A DNA stretch of 62,818 nt from Eledone cirrhosa (lineage: Eukaryota): the NCBI GenBank assembly GCA_964016885.1, contig CAXHJY010001362.1:1-62818 (forward strand), in the 5' to 3' direction. Under the pieces are notes generated by a model that saw only the letters and a list, made by a program, of their open reading frames with translations, had not been told where the DNA came from and searched no databases. Below, one piece after another: positions 30,324 through 44,522 of this stretch (position 1 is its first letter; each line of letters opens with the position of its first letter). Both the position numbers and the translations under genes were made by a program.

Positions 30324-32545
30324 ATGGACGTTTATGAATTGGATTATTCTATAAAAAATATACTTACTCCTTCCAACACCACTTACACCAAATTATTAAT
30401 TGACAAAATTGAACAAGTCATAAAAAGAATGACATGGAAGGCGATGATTTCGATGGACAATTCTGTGCTGATTCTAATGACTACTTTGATATTAAATCAC
30501 GTAAATACCCACCTAGAGTTAAGGACATGGCCAACTTCGAAATAGACCTAGTTAACATGATAAATGAATTAAAATATCGTAAGTACAACAATGATTTTCA
30601 ATCCAAACTCTTTAACGACATTTCTAATTTTAAACACTCTAAAAATACTTTCGTTTTTTCTGACAAAACCAAAAATCTTTATGAAGTTAATGACAATTTG
30701 TATATCCAACTATTAACAGATAACATCACTGTTAAATATCAAAAAGCTAACATTAGTACTTATAATACCATTAATAATGAAGCTAAAGCCCTAGCTAGTA
30801 TTTTAAAAATTGATAACTGAATTGAAAGCCTAGCCAAACATAAAGCATATATTACCCTTAAAGACCATAAATCAGACTTTACTAATCGACCTAGTTGTAG
30901 ACTAATCAACCCTGCTAAATCTGAAATTGGTCTAGCGAGTAAAAAAATCCTAAGAAATATAATACTTCAAATAAGAACTAAGACTGACTTATCCCAATGG
31001 TTAAATACTTCCTCTGATATATCTTGGTTTATTAATATATAAGGAAAAAATAAGTGTAGATTTACCCAATTTGATATTGTTGATTTTTACCCCTCTATCA
31101 CAGAATCCTTATTAACTAAAGCCTTAGATTTTGCTTGACTTTTCATTAATATTTCTAAATTAGAAGATGTTATCTTACATGCTAGGAAAACACTAATTTG
31201 CTAATGAAGGTACTTGGGTTAAAAAATCAACCCCGAAACCTCTTTTGATGTCGTGATGGGCTCATATGATAGTGCCGCTATGTGCGACTTAGTAGGATTA
31301 TTCCTCCTTCACACCCTTAAAGAGAAATTTCCTTGCCATAATATTGGCTTATACCGAGACGATGGTTTGGCAGTTTCTCATACCACCAACGGCCATAACC
31401 TTGATAAATTCCGTAAAGACTTAATCAATACCTTTGCTAACTTAAACCTTAAAAGTACTATAGATACGAATCTTACTAATACCAACTTCCTTGATATCAA
31501 TCTTGACCTACTTACTGCCTCTTTTAAATCCTATCGTAAACCCAATGAAAATTTAAGATATATACACAAAGAGTCTTGCCATCCCCCTTTTAAAATAGTC
31601 TTTAAAAATTTTATTCCTAACATTAGTTGTAGGATCTCTACCTTATCTTCGTCTATAGATATTTTTAATAAAGCTGCCCCTCAAAAACAGCGGCTTCACA
31701 GAACAAATTAAATATTTACCTACTCCTCTTTCTAACACTAAACACAATAACAGGAAAAGATAAATTATTTCGTTTACAACTCCCTTCTCTCTAACTGTTA
31801 AAACTAACGTAGGAAGAAAATTCCTCGAACTTCTAGACAAACATTTTCCCCAAAATCATAGATATAAGATATTTAATAGAAATGTAATTAAAATCAGCTA
31901 CTCTTGCTGCCCATCAATGAAAACTAAAATTACCAACTCAAATGGTACTAGAGGAAATCCAGGATGCAGCTGCAGGAAACTGGAAGAATGCCCATTACAG
32001 GCAAATGTAATACTAAATCCATTGTGTATGAGGCCAAATTGACACCGATGATTAATAACCAGCCAGCCAGGAGTGAACGATATGTTGGCATGACTCATGA
32101 CAGATTTAAAACCAGGTATTATGCACATGTCGCTTCTTTCAAACACCCTGAAAAAAAAAACAGCAACGGCGCTGGCAAATAAAGTGTGGGAGTTTAAAGA
32201 CATATTCTATTGATTGGTCTATTTTAGACCACTCAAGAGAATACCAAAGGAGCACAAAGTAATGTTCTTTGTGTACTACGAAAAAATTTAGAATTCTCCA
32301 AAATCTGAAAACCCCTCCCGCTTGCCTCAACTCTAAGAATGAGATCTTTAGATGTTGTCTGCACCTGAAATCGCATCTACCTTTTAGCTGGATTAACACA
32401 TCAACAATTACTCAACCACCCTGAGCTTCATTTCTGAGCTTCCTCTTTAAATATTACACCTTCCACTCACTACCAATATCATTACCTTATGAACACTACT
32501 TCTTACCCAGTTTATCATATAAACACATACTTTCTACCAATATAT
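30324..32545 (+). mobile_element. Penelope-like retroelement (Hydra-type), near full-length, pseudogenised
   Basis: DYSIKNI..PS N-terminus, FSDKTKN, GLYRDDGL, CSCx5C, IVYEA...YVGMT; many stops and frameshifts; 3' pyrimidine-rich tail appears to resume at ~37150-37420. Confidence 0.9.
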
Positions 32546-32549
32546 ACAA

Positions 32550-35500
32550 ATCAAGCAATTGAGAACAACAAAAACAACAACGACAACAATGACAACAACA
32601 GCAACCATATAAAATCTTTGGCGACAATAAGCAAAGGAACTTTTACAAATATTGATATTTCCAATGCGAAGGAAATGATCAATGAAGGAAAAAAATATAT
32701 TACCTTCGAGGAAAAGGGGGGATTTAAAATCACCTCTCCGCCACAATGCGAAGGACTGTGATTTTTCGCACGATTTCGAACAAACAAAAAAAAATGACTT
32801 TCCTTACTCAATGCGAAATTGAAATCGTCTTGAAAGAGGCAATGCCAAATATACAATTCATACAAAGGAGTAAACTATATGGAAGCATTTCGGTGCTCTT
32901 CAAAAGTGAGGCCCTTGCGAAAAAATACTCAGTGACCCCGGTCACCTCTGCCACACACACCTTTTCCCCTACATACATGGGAAAAAGAACACAAATAATA
33001 AACATTACCAATATACCACCCAACATTAACATCTGGTGGATTCTGGCAGGGTTCTTGGAGGAGGATGAAGACAATACTGTTGATTCAAAAATCCACAAGA
33101 AACACCTGGAATGGCACAAGCTTGGAAATTTTGGTCCAAATGAAACTGGACAGAATTTCCAAGATACCAGAAAGAGTGCCAGTAGACAATACAAACTATA
33201 TACACATTTTGGCAGGAGGGAGCCACATTGTTTTAAACGTGCAAGCACATCGCATTTAAAGGCCTCCTGTCCCCTTTTACGAACAAAAACCACCACCCCC
33301 AAAAAAGTACTTTTACCAATACCAACTCCAAAACCACAACAACAACACACAAAACAAGCAACTGCTCAACCACAAACAACAGAAAAAACAGAAACAATTT
33401 TCGCAGGACGTTGGCAATCCCTGTCAAAAGCCCATTAACCGCGTCCTATTGAAATGTTCCCCCACCCCACTCAACACCAGCACCCAAATGGAGATTGAAC
33501 AACCCGATCTCCAGGAAACGAAAAGGTAAGTGCATCTTTTCGTCCTCTTTCACCAACTCTTCTCTACCAACATGGCTAATTTACGAGTTGGAAGCGTGAA
33601 TGTGCGTGGCCTAGGGATGCCCTGGAAATGGCCAACTTTTAAACAACTTTAGGTCACACGGTATGGATGTGATAGTCATCACCGAGTCCAGGATCCACAA
33701 CAGGCAGCAACTAACCCCCATCTTCAATGATTTTGAGATCTACGCATCTCTGTCAGCCAGGAGGTGGAGGAGGAGTGGCTGTCATGTTTCGGAAAAACCT
33801 GGACGTCAAAGTACAGTAGGTACACTTGGACCCAGAGGATAGACTGGTAGTCCTAGACATGAACAGTATTGGAGGTGGAGCCTTCAGACTGGTGGCCGTT
33901 TATGCCCCGACTGGGCAATTGCGGCCAGACTTCTTTAAGCGTCTAGAGTCATTTCTGGGAACGTCTCGCTCCTTGCTTTTAGTGGGGGACTGGAATGGCA
34001 TCCTAGACGCACTATGGGACTATGTAGGATCATGTCCCAGTAGAGGGGGGTGCAACAGCCTCAAAAATTTAATCGGCCAATTCCAACTGGCCGATAGGTA
34101 TCGACTAGATTTCCCGACTGCACAACAGTGGACGTGGACAAACCGCGGCGGGACATCTAGATTGTATTTAGACAGGTTCTTTATTAGAGAGAGAGACAAG
34201 AAGATGTTAAGCTGTCCACAAATGCACATGGTTGCCTATTCAGACCACAAACTAGTCATCTGCATAGTCAACTGATAGAATACATAGACAAGGACCCGGA
34301 TACTGGAAGCTGAACGTATCGCTACCGACACGTAAAGCCTACAGTGAACGGATAAATAGATTAGTTAAGCAACAATTGACGGGAGCCACCGTCAACAAAA
34401 GGTGGTGGTACTCCCTCAAGAAAGCAATTAGAGTAGAGTCAATAGACTTTAGCAGAGAGTTAGCCTTAGAGAAAAACAAAACAGAAACGGAACTAGTAGC
34501 CAAGGTAGAGGAGGCGCTTAGGAGTGGCAACGTAGCTAGAGTGCTAGCAACGAGAACGGCACTGGACCAGTTCTTCGATGCGAAACACAAAGGCTGTGTG
34601 GTCAGAAGTAAATCACGTGCTCTAGGAAATGAGGGAGCGAAAGCTGTTAGCTAGGCCCAAGTGGCAGAAGCAAAAAGTCTACGATTCGGTCTTCGAAAGA
34701 CCAAAACGGACGCATGCTACTTGACCCCAAGCGGATGTGCACGGCCTTTCAGCGGCACTTTCCACAACTGTTCGAGCAGGGGCAATGGACTTCGGTTCAT
34801 ACCTCAATGGCCTGCTGCGTCTCTCAAGGATGGATGCCGAGTTCTGCGAAAGACCGATCACAGCCACGATACAAGAGGTTCTGGGCCACTGCGGGAAACG
34901 CAAATCACCCGGTCTAGATGGTCTACCCTATGAGATTTACATAGGCATGCCGGACTTGTTCTCTGGCGTCCTCGAGGCCTTCTACTGCAACTGGCAGCAG
35001 AACGGGAGAATTCCCAGTTATGCAGGCAGGGGCGTAGTAATGCTAATCAGGAAAGACGAGAACAAAGGGGACGAACTAAGCAACTTTAGGCCCATAACTC
35101 TGCTCAACACAGAGTTAAAGATTTTGGGCAAGGTGTTGGCAACGAGGTTGGTGCTTGTCGTCGAGAACCTGGTAGGGAAAGCGCAAACGTGTGCAATCCA
35201 ACCAGGTCCATACACGACAACCTCCACCTCATGCGATATATCATAGAGAGAGTGGGGTGTAAACCCGGCTTCGGTGGGGCTCTGATCAATTTAGTTCAGT
35301 CTAAGGCATTCGATAGGGTCGACCATCGATACTTGGAAGCGGTTCTCAAGGCGGCGGGTTTCGGACCCGTCTTCAGAGGCTGGATCGCCGCAATGCACAC
35401 CAACATCTGCTAGATGGTCAAGGTGATTGGCTTCCTATCGGAACCATTCGCAATCACGTGTTCCATACGACAGGGATGCCCTCTCTCCTCCAATCTCTAT

Positions 35501-37150
35501 GTACTGACTCTAGAGCCACTACTGTGGAAGTTGCAGCTGCAGCAGGGCATCCCGTTGGAACCGGGACTGCAGAAAGCAGCGTCGGCTTATGCCGACGACG
35601 TGACGGTAATGGTGTAAAAAACCTCGGAAATCGGGGTGATCGGCAACTTACTGCAGGAATACGAAAGGCTCACAGGAGCAAGACTGAACCCGGACAAATC
35701 TGTCGGTTTGCAACTCGGAGCGTGGAGAGGCAAACCAATGCTGTCGGACGCTGGACGGAAGGACCGGTGAAATTGCTCAGGATCTGGTTCAGTCCGGAGC
35801 TCCAGGTGGAGAAAAACTGGAACGAGGTCATGGCCAAGGTATTTGCGCTCACCCAGAATTGGGCAGAGTGCAAACTATCCTTGAAAGGTCAAGTGGAGGT
35901 GGCGAACACTTTCATAGCGTCCGTCATCTACTACCGCTTGACTGTCGTGCCTTGTCCCCGTGAATACCTCACCAAGATGGAACGCATTCTCTTCCAGTTC
36001 CTTTGGAAGAAGCAGGCTCCACTGGTGAGGAGATCCGTCTGCTGTCAGCACCCTTCCACCAGAAGGCTGGGAATGCCGTGGCTAATGATGCGCAAGCATG
36101 CGCTGAGGCTACGACATCTCCAGGTATTCCTCACCGACCAACAACCGGTGTGGGCACCATTTGTGAGACAGGCCTTCCCGCAACTTGTCTCGCTGACTGA
36201 GCTGCAGTCCTGGGTCAAGTGAAGACCGAAGAGGATGGGCGCCTGGCACATTAAATGCACTCAGGCGCTCACAGTCCTCTGTCAAGTGGGCACAGCAATC
36301 AGTGGAGACTCCACTTCGACATTCTATAGAGGGTTAATGCGTCACAAGGGCGATGACACTTGGAGAGACTGTGGGTGTTGAAGACGATGAACTCACCAGT
36401 CTGTTTGGTAGGATTTTCCGCCCGGGACCTATGGACAACTTCCAGAGGTCCCTGGCCTGGCAGTGCTACCGAGGAGCTCTACCAGTTTGAGATAAGATCT
36501 ATAGGCACGGACACCCCGGCAGGGATCCAAGAGGACGTGTCCAAGATGTGAGCAGGACATTGAAACCGTCTTGCACGCAATTGTACACTGCCCGGGCGTA
36601 ACCGACCTGTGGAACTATGCAGAACAACTGCTGTCGTGTATGGGACAAATCCAGTTGACTGCCGAGTCCATAGTAAGGATCAAACCACCGACTTCTTTCA
36701 AAAACGAAAGAGAGGTGGTTTTCCTCTGTACGGTGGCTATGGTGAAAGAGGTTATATGGTGGACGAGGTTGAGAGGACTGAGGGCAGATGCCTTTCTCTC
36801 CGGACACAACTCATTCCCTTCTTTAGGTACCACTTTAGAAGGAGAATCAGAGTGGAGAGAGAGGCACTGCACCCCAGTAAATTTACTAAAAGGTGGGTGA
36901 ATGTGGCAACAATGGCCCGAGTGATTGGGCCTTCCTGTAGGTTGGAGAAGAGGGCAAAAGGAAGAAAGGAAGTTGAGGGTTGTTCTATCTACGGGGTATT
37001 AAACAACCCATTTGTGGCGCCTCCACCCTATTGGGGATTTCGATTGTTATAATTGTTTGTTTCATATTTTTACACGATTGTATGTAAAATCCACAGCATG
37101 TGTCCTTGTTTTGTCCCCTTTTCTTGTGCGCCCTTGTGACTAATAAAGAA
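32550..37150 (+). mobile_element. L1/Tx1-clade LINE, near full-length, pseudogenised (ORF1 ~32670-33440; ORF2 ~33572-36900)
   Basis: ORF1 degenerate knuckle CFKRASTSHLKASC; ORF2 GSVNVRGL, VYAP, VGDWN, SDHK, KSPGLDG, NFRPITLLN, AFDRVDH, QGCPLS, AYADD, CPRC..ETVLHAIVHC; AATAAA near 37142. Confidence 0.9.
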
Positions 37151-37856
37151 ATATATTCATCTTTTCTCCCTCATGTTTATTTATTTTTTTCATTTGATTT
37201 ATACACCCTCCCCCCTTTTTTTCTACCATGCCTATAAGACATACACACCCACCACCTTCATCCTGTACTCTACCTTTACCCAGATCACTTTTTAACTATA
37301 TACCCTTATCTAGAACTCTTACAATTTATACACCCCTTTTCACCCCCACATGTTCAACTTAGTTCATTATATTATTTGATTTCAGTTATACCCCCACCCC
37401 CCCACGTCCTAACCTACCCACAATGTTTTTAAGTGTACCCAAATATGGTTATATGTGGGCGCATATGCAGGCAGGCATATGTGTGCATACACATATATTA
37501 TATGTGTACTTATACATATATACATGTATGTGTGTGTGTGTGTGCATGCATGTATATGTGTATATATCTTATGCATGTATATATATATATATATATGTGT
37601 GTGTATATATATCTATGTATGTGTATATATTTAATATTATATTATTTGTTTATCTATAATTATTATTTTTTGCGCGTGGATCTGTGAGTATATCTTTTCA
37701 TTTTTTTGCTACCCCCGTTTGTGTATAATTATACTTACCCTTTATATACACCTACCTGCGAGTGTGTGTGTATATATAGTTTGTCTGTCTATATGTATAC
37801 ACACACACACACACACGTGTATGTATGCATGCATGTTTGTGTGTATATATGTATAA

Positions 37857-37946
<90 letters not shown>

Positions 37947-38029
37947 ACGTGTATGGATATTTATGTAATTATGTATGCGTGTGTTGATGTATTATTGTGT
38001 GTGTGTGTGTGTGCGCGTGTATATATGCT

Positions 38030-39170
38030 CCATGCTACACCCAGACATCTCTCCTGGCTGACCTTGATACTTGTATCTGAGCAGCAGCCGAGGGGATATG
38101 CAACGTCAAGTTTGACGACATAGGGTGGCAACAGGCCACTTTACCGGTCAGGTATGGCGGCCTTGGCCTCCGGTCCCCGATCTCACTAGCTTTGCCGGCG
38201 TATCTTTCGTCGGTAACCTCGTGCCACGTCCTTGTCAGCAGGGTTCTTCAAAACACAACAGAACCCTCTGTGTTCAGAGAACGTTAGGCCACCTGTGAGA
38301 CGTGGGACCAGCTGGGACTTAGCCCAGTAGACATCCCTCCTCCTTCTCCCCCTGTTGACGTCAAGTCCCCCCTACGCACTTGGGATGCCATCCAGTGCAG
38401 CCTGGCCTCAGACAGGCTCACGCGCCAGATCAACCAGCACTGCCTTGCTTGTTTTCGTGCGGCCTGGATCCATGCCCTGCCCTCCTTCTCCACTGGCACA
38501 CAGCTAGACAACCATAGCCTGCAAATCGGCGTTTCGCTGAGGCTCGGCCTCCGGATCTGCCAGCCACACCAATATCGCTCCGGTTCCACCGTGGACTCTT
38601 TCGGCCTCCACCCGCTTTCCTGTCGCTACAGTGCCAGCAGCATTCCACGCCATGCTGCTCTCAACGAGGTCATTAAGCATGGCTTGGACGCTGCAGGCTT
38701 CCCTTCCCAGCTCAAGCCGGTGGGGCTGGATCGAGGGGACGGCAAAAGGCCAGATGGCATGACCATCTTCCCGTTCCGCGGTGGCAAACCCCTCGTCTGG
38801 GATGCCACTTGCACCGACACTTTCTGCAGCAGCAACCTGGTGCAGTCTGCAACTGACTCAGGTTCTGCTGCACGTCGGGCTGAGGGGGCCAAACTCCTCA
38901 AATACCGGTCGCTCTCCGACAGGTTTGTGGTTGTAACCCTGGCAGTGGAGACTTCTGGTCTCCTCGGCCCCAGGGTTACCTCCTTACTCAACACCATAGG
39001 GGCTGAGCTGGCCAGCCGCAGGTGTGATCCCCGCGAGTTGGAGTGGCTTTTCCAGCGCGTCTCCCTTGCAGTCCTCTGGGGAAACGACTTCTCCATTCTG
39101 TCCGCCGGGGCTGTGGGTGGGCCCCATCGCGTACCAATACATTAGTTAAATACCATTCTTTCATCTGATA
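38030..39170 (+). mobile_element. CRE-type non-LTR retrotransposon 3' fragment with restriction-like endonuclease
   Basis: ATLPVRYGGLGLR; HPLSC..RHAALN; DGKRPDG...LVWDATC...AVETSG (PD-(D/E)xK-type RLE). Confidence 0.8.
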
Positions 39171-39985
39171 TATATATGTGTGTGTGTATGTATATATATA
39201 ATTGATTGTATATACGTGGTTATATCCGTGTAGGAGTATATAATCATAAGGATTTCCTTTCTATATGTTACATATATGTAGCGAAATCTGCCCGCGCCTT
39301 GAACTTTGGGTGATACCTAAAAATCAAATTTTAGGTCACCACATTTATTGTGTTAACAAGTTCATGGGCTGTCCTTTCAGGTTGGGGGACAGGAAGTGAC
39401 AGCTATATACAGACCATGTACAAGCCATTCCACACAGAGGCATCGAAGCGATAGGATATACAACTAAATATGTAAGGATTTACTGCTATCAATAGATCCT
39501 CAGTGGTCTACACACAGAGATATCGAAGCACTAGGATTCACAACTAATATGTAAGGATTTACTGCTATCAATAGACCCCCCCCCCCAATGATCTACAGCC
39601 AGAGACATTGGAGCACCCCACTACAGAACAAGCTATGTAAAGATTCACCACTATTCAACAGACCCCATGAAGTCTACAGATACACCCAGAGCGATTGGAA
39701 CCCTGCTATACAGAACACAAATGTGGAAGATTCACCGCTGTATGCAGTTCACAGTATTTCTCAGACCATTCAGAGATATACATACCATATCTTACTAACT
39801 AAGATCTCAACTATTACCACAAATTCCAACAACAGCAATTATCTATCGCTTGTTGTTTTAACACCAACAACAACAACAACAGTCTTCAACAGATCTACAC
39901 ATCCACCACAAAGTAATATTGTCAATCTTTGCAACTTATGGTAACTTGTTTATTGTACCTTTTAATTCATGTGAAGTAAACTATA

Positions 39986-41297
39986 CGAGGGGGGATAAAA
40001 AAAGTTTGCGGAATTTTATCGTAGTAAGAAAAAATAGGTTAAAACAATATTAAACATGTCAGAACATTGTCACTGGGTGTTTACCTTGCTATTAGTCACT
40101 TGCAGTCAGTTATGCACGGACTATTGTACAGTACTGACACTCTTTAAAAAACCTCTTTTTGGAACAATGGAAAATAGTTATTTTGAGATAAGATCGAATA
40201 TCAAGTTTCTGGTGAAACTCAAATGGAAAGGGACACAGATTATGGAGGCTTTAGTTAAAGTTTATGGTACTACTGCTCAAAAGAAAACTGCTGTCTACAA
40301 GTGGATTCAGCGATTCAAACAAGGGAGAGACGACCTTGAAAACGACCATCACAGTGGAAGACTAGGAACATCAAAAAATGACCAAAACGTTGAGGCTGCT
40401 CAGACTTTAATTGAAGAAGATCGAAGAATAACAGTTAATCAGTTAGCTAAGTCCCTAGACATTTCATATGGCTCGGCAAATTCAATTCTGCACAATAATT
40501 TGGGACTAAGCAAGCTTTCAGCGCGATGGGTCCCAAAAGTGTTGCGCCCTGATCAGCTGATTCTTTGAAGTGAAGTGTCTTTGGCGATATTAAACAAAAT
40601 TGAAGCTGATGAAGAGCATTTCCTGACCAGAATCATCACCGGAGATGAAACCTGGATCTACCAGTATGATCCTGAATCCAAACAGCAGTCAAAACAGTGG
40701 CTTCCACGTGGATCATCAGGGCCAATCAAGTTCAAATCTCAAAAGTCAGATCAAAAAGTGATGGCCACCATTTCCTGGGATTCAGATGGGGTGATACTAA
40801 TAGATAATCTTGAAGGTCAAAGAACTGTGACAGGAGCTTACTATGCAAATGTTTTAAGGAAGCTGAAAGAGGCATTAGTCAAGAAACGAAAAGGGAAACT
40901 TCATGGTGGGGTCTTGTTTGACCATGACAATGCACCAGCACATTCTGCGCGGGTTGCAAAAGAAGTTCTTCGAGAATTTCGATGGGAAGTGCTTCCTCAC
41001 CCGCCTTATAGTCCAGATTTAGCCCAATCAGACTTTTTCCTCTTTCCAAAACTCAAAGTAATGCTAAAAGGAACCCGTTTTAGTGGTGTTGAAGAAGCTA
41101 AAAACACTGCCAACACATGGCTTCGAACAAGGCCTTCAACTTTCTTTAGAGACGGCTTACGAAGCTGGAAGCATAGCCTTGTGAAGTGTATTGACCTGGA
41201 TGGCAACTATGTAGAAAAATAAATTGAAAGTAAATCATATTTTTTGAAAAATAGAATATTTTCCGAAAAATTCCGTGAACTTTTTGATCCCTCCTCG
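39986..41297 (+). mobile_element. Full-length mariner transposon
   Basis: TA-flanked imperfect TIRs CGAGGGGGGATAAAAAAAGTT.. / ..AACTTTTTGATCCCTCCTCG; 1312 bp. Confidence 0.95.
40167..41222 (+). pseudogene. DD34D mariner transposase with one in-frame TGA (40566-40568)
   Basis: WVPKVL, TGDETW, HDNAPAH, YSPDLAQSD; 34 residues between the 2nd and 3rd Asp. Confidence 0.93.
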
Positions 41298-41499
41298 TAT
41301 ATAACAAAAATCCTATATCTTTATATTCTTGATATTATTGTTATTGCATTTAATAATCTTGTTATTATCACATATCTAAATGCTCACATATAACCTTCTA
41401 GCTTTTCATTATACCTTTCGTTGTATACATATACTTTTGTCTTTCACGTGTGTTTACTCATGTGTATATATGTCTCTCTCTCTCTCTATATATATATAT

Positions 41500-41535
<36 letters not shown>

Positions 41536-41537
<2 letters not shown>

Positions 41538-43143
41538 CAAGGCAGTGTGTCAATGCAAATCAGGATGTTGTTGGAGATAAATGTGTCCGGAATGATGCCG
41601 GTGTACTTAGTGTCACGAATGATCAGAAAAAGGAGGCCTGGAAATGTCATTATGAGAGACTGATGAATGTGGAGAACGAATGGGAGAGAGAGAAATTACC
41701 CTTAGTAGATCCGACAGAGGGACCATATATTGAGATTGACGAATATAGGGTCCAAGAGGCGATTAGGGAAATACTGGACCATCGGGGATAATTGCTGAGA
41801 TGCTGGAGGCATCAGGGGACGTAGGCACTAAACTGGTTGCACGCATCATCAATCAGTCTATATATGGTGGTGTCATACCCAAAGACTGTCGCAGCAGTAT
41901 TCTCATAAATTGCTACAAAGGTAAAGGGGATGCTCTGGAGAGGAGCAATTATAGGGGTATAAAACTGATGGATCAGGTTATGAAAGTGGCAGATAGGATA
42001 TTAGTGCATCTGATTAGAGAAATGGTCAAACTAGATGAGATGCAGTATGGATTTGTGCCTGGGAAGAGTACAACAGATGCTCTCTTCTTAGTGAGACAAC
42101 TACAAGAGAGGTTCTTAGAGAAGAATAAGCCACTGGAGAGGCCTTTGATAGGGTACCCCGATCTGTCATCTGGTGGTCCCTAAGGAAACTAGGTATTGAG
42201 GAAAGCTTGTGAGGACAGTGCAAGCTTTGTACAGAGGTACTGTCAGTAAAGTCAGGGTAGGAATGGAGTTTAGTGAGGAATTCCAAATGCAAGTAGGAGT
42301 ACATCAGGGTTCAGTCCTCAGTATATCAGGGTTCGAAATGCAGAAAAGGAACTGGCATAAAATGCACACAATGCAGATCTTGGATACACAAGAGATGTAG
42401 TGCGATAGCAGGCAAACTAACAGGTAGGGAGAAATATGTATGCAGTAGATGTACAGGGAAATTAGACAGTAGAAGTGGCATTGATAGACACATTTTTCAA
42501 ATGCAGGTGGGTGCTATAGAAGTGGTTGATAGCTTCCGGTACCTAGGATATCAGATTAGAATGGGAAGGGGGGGTTCTGAGGCCATAGTATCTAGAATAA
42601 GGACGGGTTGGAAGAAGTTTAGGGAGCTGCTTCCTCTGCTGACAAAGAAGGGTTTCTCCCTGCATACAAATGGCCGGTTATATGATGCCTGTGTGAGGAG
42701 CGCGATGCTGCATGGTAGTGAGACATGGGCAGGAACTGCAGAGGAAATGCGACGACTGGAGAGAAATGAGGCAAGCATGCTCTGTTGGATGTGCAATGTC
42801 AATGTGCGTGAATGACCCAGCATGGATGTGTTGAGAGAGAAACTGTGTCTGAGAGGGATAAGTTGTAGTGTGCGGGAGAGAAGACTGTGGTGGTATGGAC
42901 ATGTGATGCGCATGGAGGTTGACTGATGGGTGAAAAAGTGCCAGGATATGTCAGTAGAAGGAAGACGTGGTAGAGGTAGACCACGAAAAACATGAGCGGA
43001 AGTGGTGAGAACAGACCTCAGATCGCTGAAGCTCACGGTGGAGATGATGAAGGACCGTGACAAGTGGAGAGATGCTGTGCTGAATAAGACCGGTCCCACC
43101 CTTGCAAGCAGGGAAAAGCTGACGTAAAATGATGATGATGATG
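41536..43143 (+). mobile_element. RTE family C, decayed, internally deleted
   Basis: Homologous to 27793-28930 and 3958-4790; YADD region missing near 42322; (GAT)n tail. Confidence 0.9.
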
Positions 43144-43202
43144 ATATATATATATGTGTGTATGTGTATATATGTATTTGTATGTATATATATGTATACA
43201 TA

Positions 43203-43641
43203 CATCATCATCACCGTTTTACGTCCATTCTTCCACGCTAGCATGGGTTAGATGAGTTGTCCTGTTGTAGGCAGTGTCCGGTCGGCTGACCATGTCTTGC
43301 TCATACTGGAACTGATTCTGGCTTGATTTCTACAGCTGGATGCCCTTCCTAACACCAACCTCATTTACAGTGAGTGCTGGGTGCTTTTTTTCCGTGGTGC
43401 CTACACGTCCACTTTTACAGTGTGGGCTGGGTGATTTTTTGCCATGGCACCTCCACGACCACTCTACAGTGGAATGATAGGGACCCCAGTCCCTATCATC
43501 TCATTTCTACAGCTGAGTAAACTGGAGCAATGTGAAATAAAGTGTCTTGCTCAAGGAAACAGCACATCACCCGGTCTGAGAATTGAACTCACAACCTTTC
43601 GATTGCAAGGCCAATGCTCTAACCACTAAGCCATGTGCCTC
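43203..43641 (-). mobile_element. tRNA-derived SINE type 2, full-length
   Basis: Same head as 18468-18790; tail matches the RTE family B 3' UTR (27047-27312). Confidence 0.85.
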
Positions 43642-43777
43642 CATTATATATATATATTTATGTATATGTGTATGTATATGTATTCATTTATTTATATATA
43701 TGTGTGTGTTTGTATATATATATATATATATATATCGTGTGTATGTGTTTGTTTTTATACGTTGTTTGTATTTATAT

Positions 43778-43965
43778 TGGTGAATTGGCAGTATCAGTAG
43801 AGGGTCGGGTGCCATGCTTTGCAGCACAGTTATGTCCCTTTACGGACTGAGTTCAAATCCCGCTGAGGTTAACTTTGTCTTTCATCCTTACGGGGGTCGA
43901 TAAAATAAAGTACCAGCAATACACTGGGATAATTGCTGGCCTTGTGCCAAAAGTAGAAACAATTA
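43778..43965 (+). mobile_element. tRNA-derived SINE type 1
   Basis: Homologous to 17900-18095; B box GAGTTCAAATCC. Confidence 0.75.
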
Positions 43966-44251
43966 TTTAACCCCCCCCCACACCTTTCATTGTCACCACG
44001 TCCCTTTATGGCTTTATTTTTATTTTTAATATTTATATATTTTTTGAATTTTTTGTTCTTATTTATATGTCCCCAAACTACTTCACAATGGTTTATACAT
44101 ATTATTATATGTATGTATATATATATATATATATTGATATGTGTGAATGTGTGTGTATATATACTTGCGTGTATGTATAGAAACTTTTGTGAATGCTTGT
44201 ATGTATGTGTATACATAATTATATATGTGTGTGTGTTTGTGTGTATATGTA

Positions 44252-44328
<77 letters not shown>

Positions 44329-44370
44329 TTGTGTATATATGTATGGAGAGATATGCATGTGTGTATATAC

Positions 44371-44522
44371 AATGATATTAAATAAATGGAAACTATATTT
44401 ATAAAACCATATTTATTCTATTATATATATTTCAAGGGTAGCAAAATTTTTTGTACGTTATCAGATAAAATACAAAATGTTTTATAAATATTTGACATGA
44501 CCAAGGATGATATACCTTAACG
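44371..44522 (-). mobile_element. Single-arm copy of the 27416-27723 element with a degenerate hammerhead (44414-44472)
   Basis: Aligns to 27421-27575; core reads CTGATAA and stem II is damaged. Confidence 0.8.

Larger units (their letters stand above)
39277..41388. mobile_element. Candidate solo LTR (~0.8 kb) interrupted by the mariner
   Basis: TATA|TGTAGCG...GCTCACA|TATA; imperfect ~80-bp tandem repeats at 39431-39750. Confidence 0.45.

Noticed and set aside
40566-40568. In-frame TGA as selenocysteine or programmed read-through
   Set aside because: No SECIS seen; a CGA-to-TGA CpG mutation is the simpler explanation
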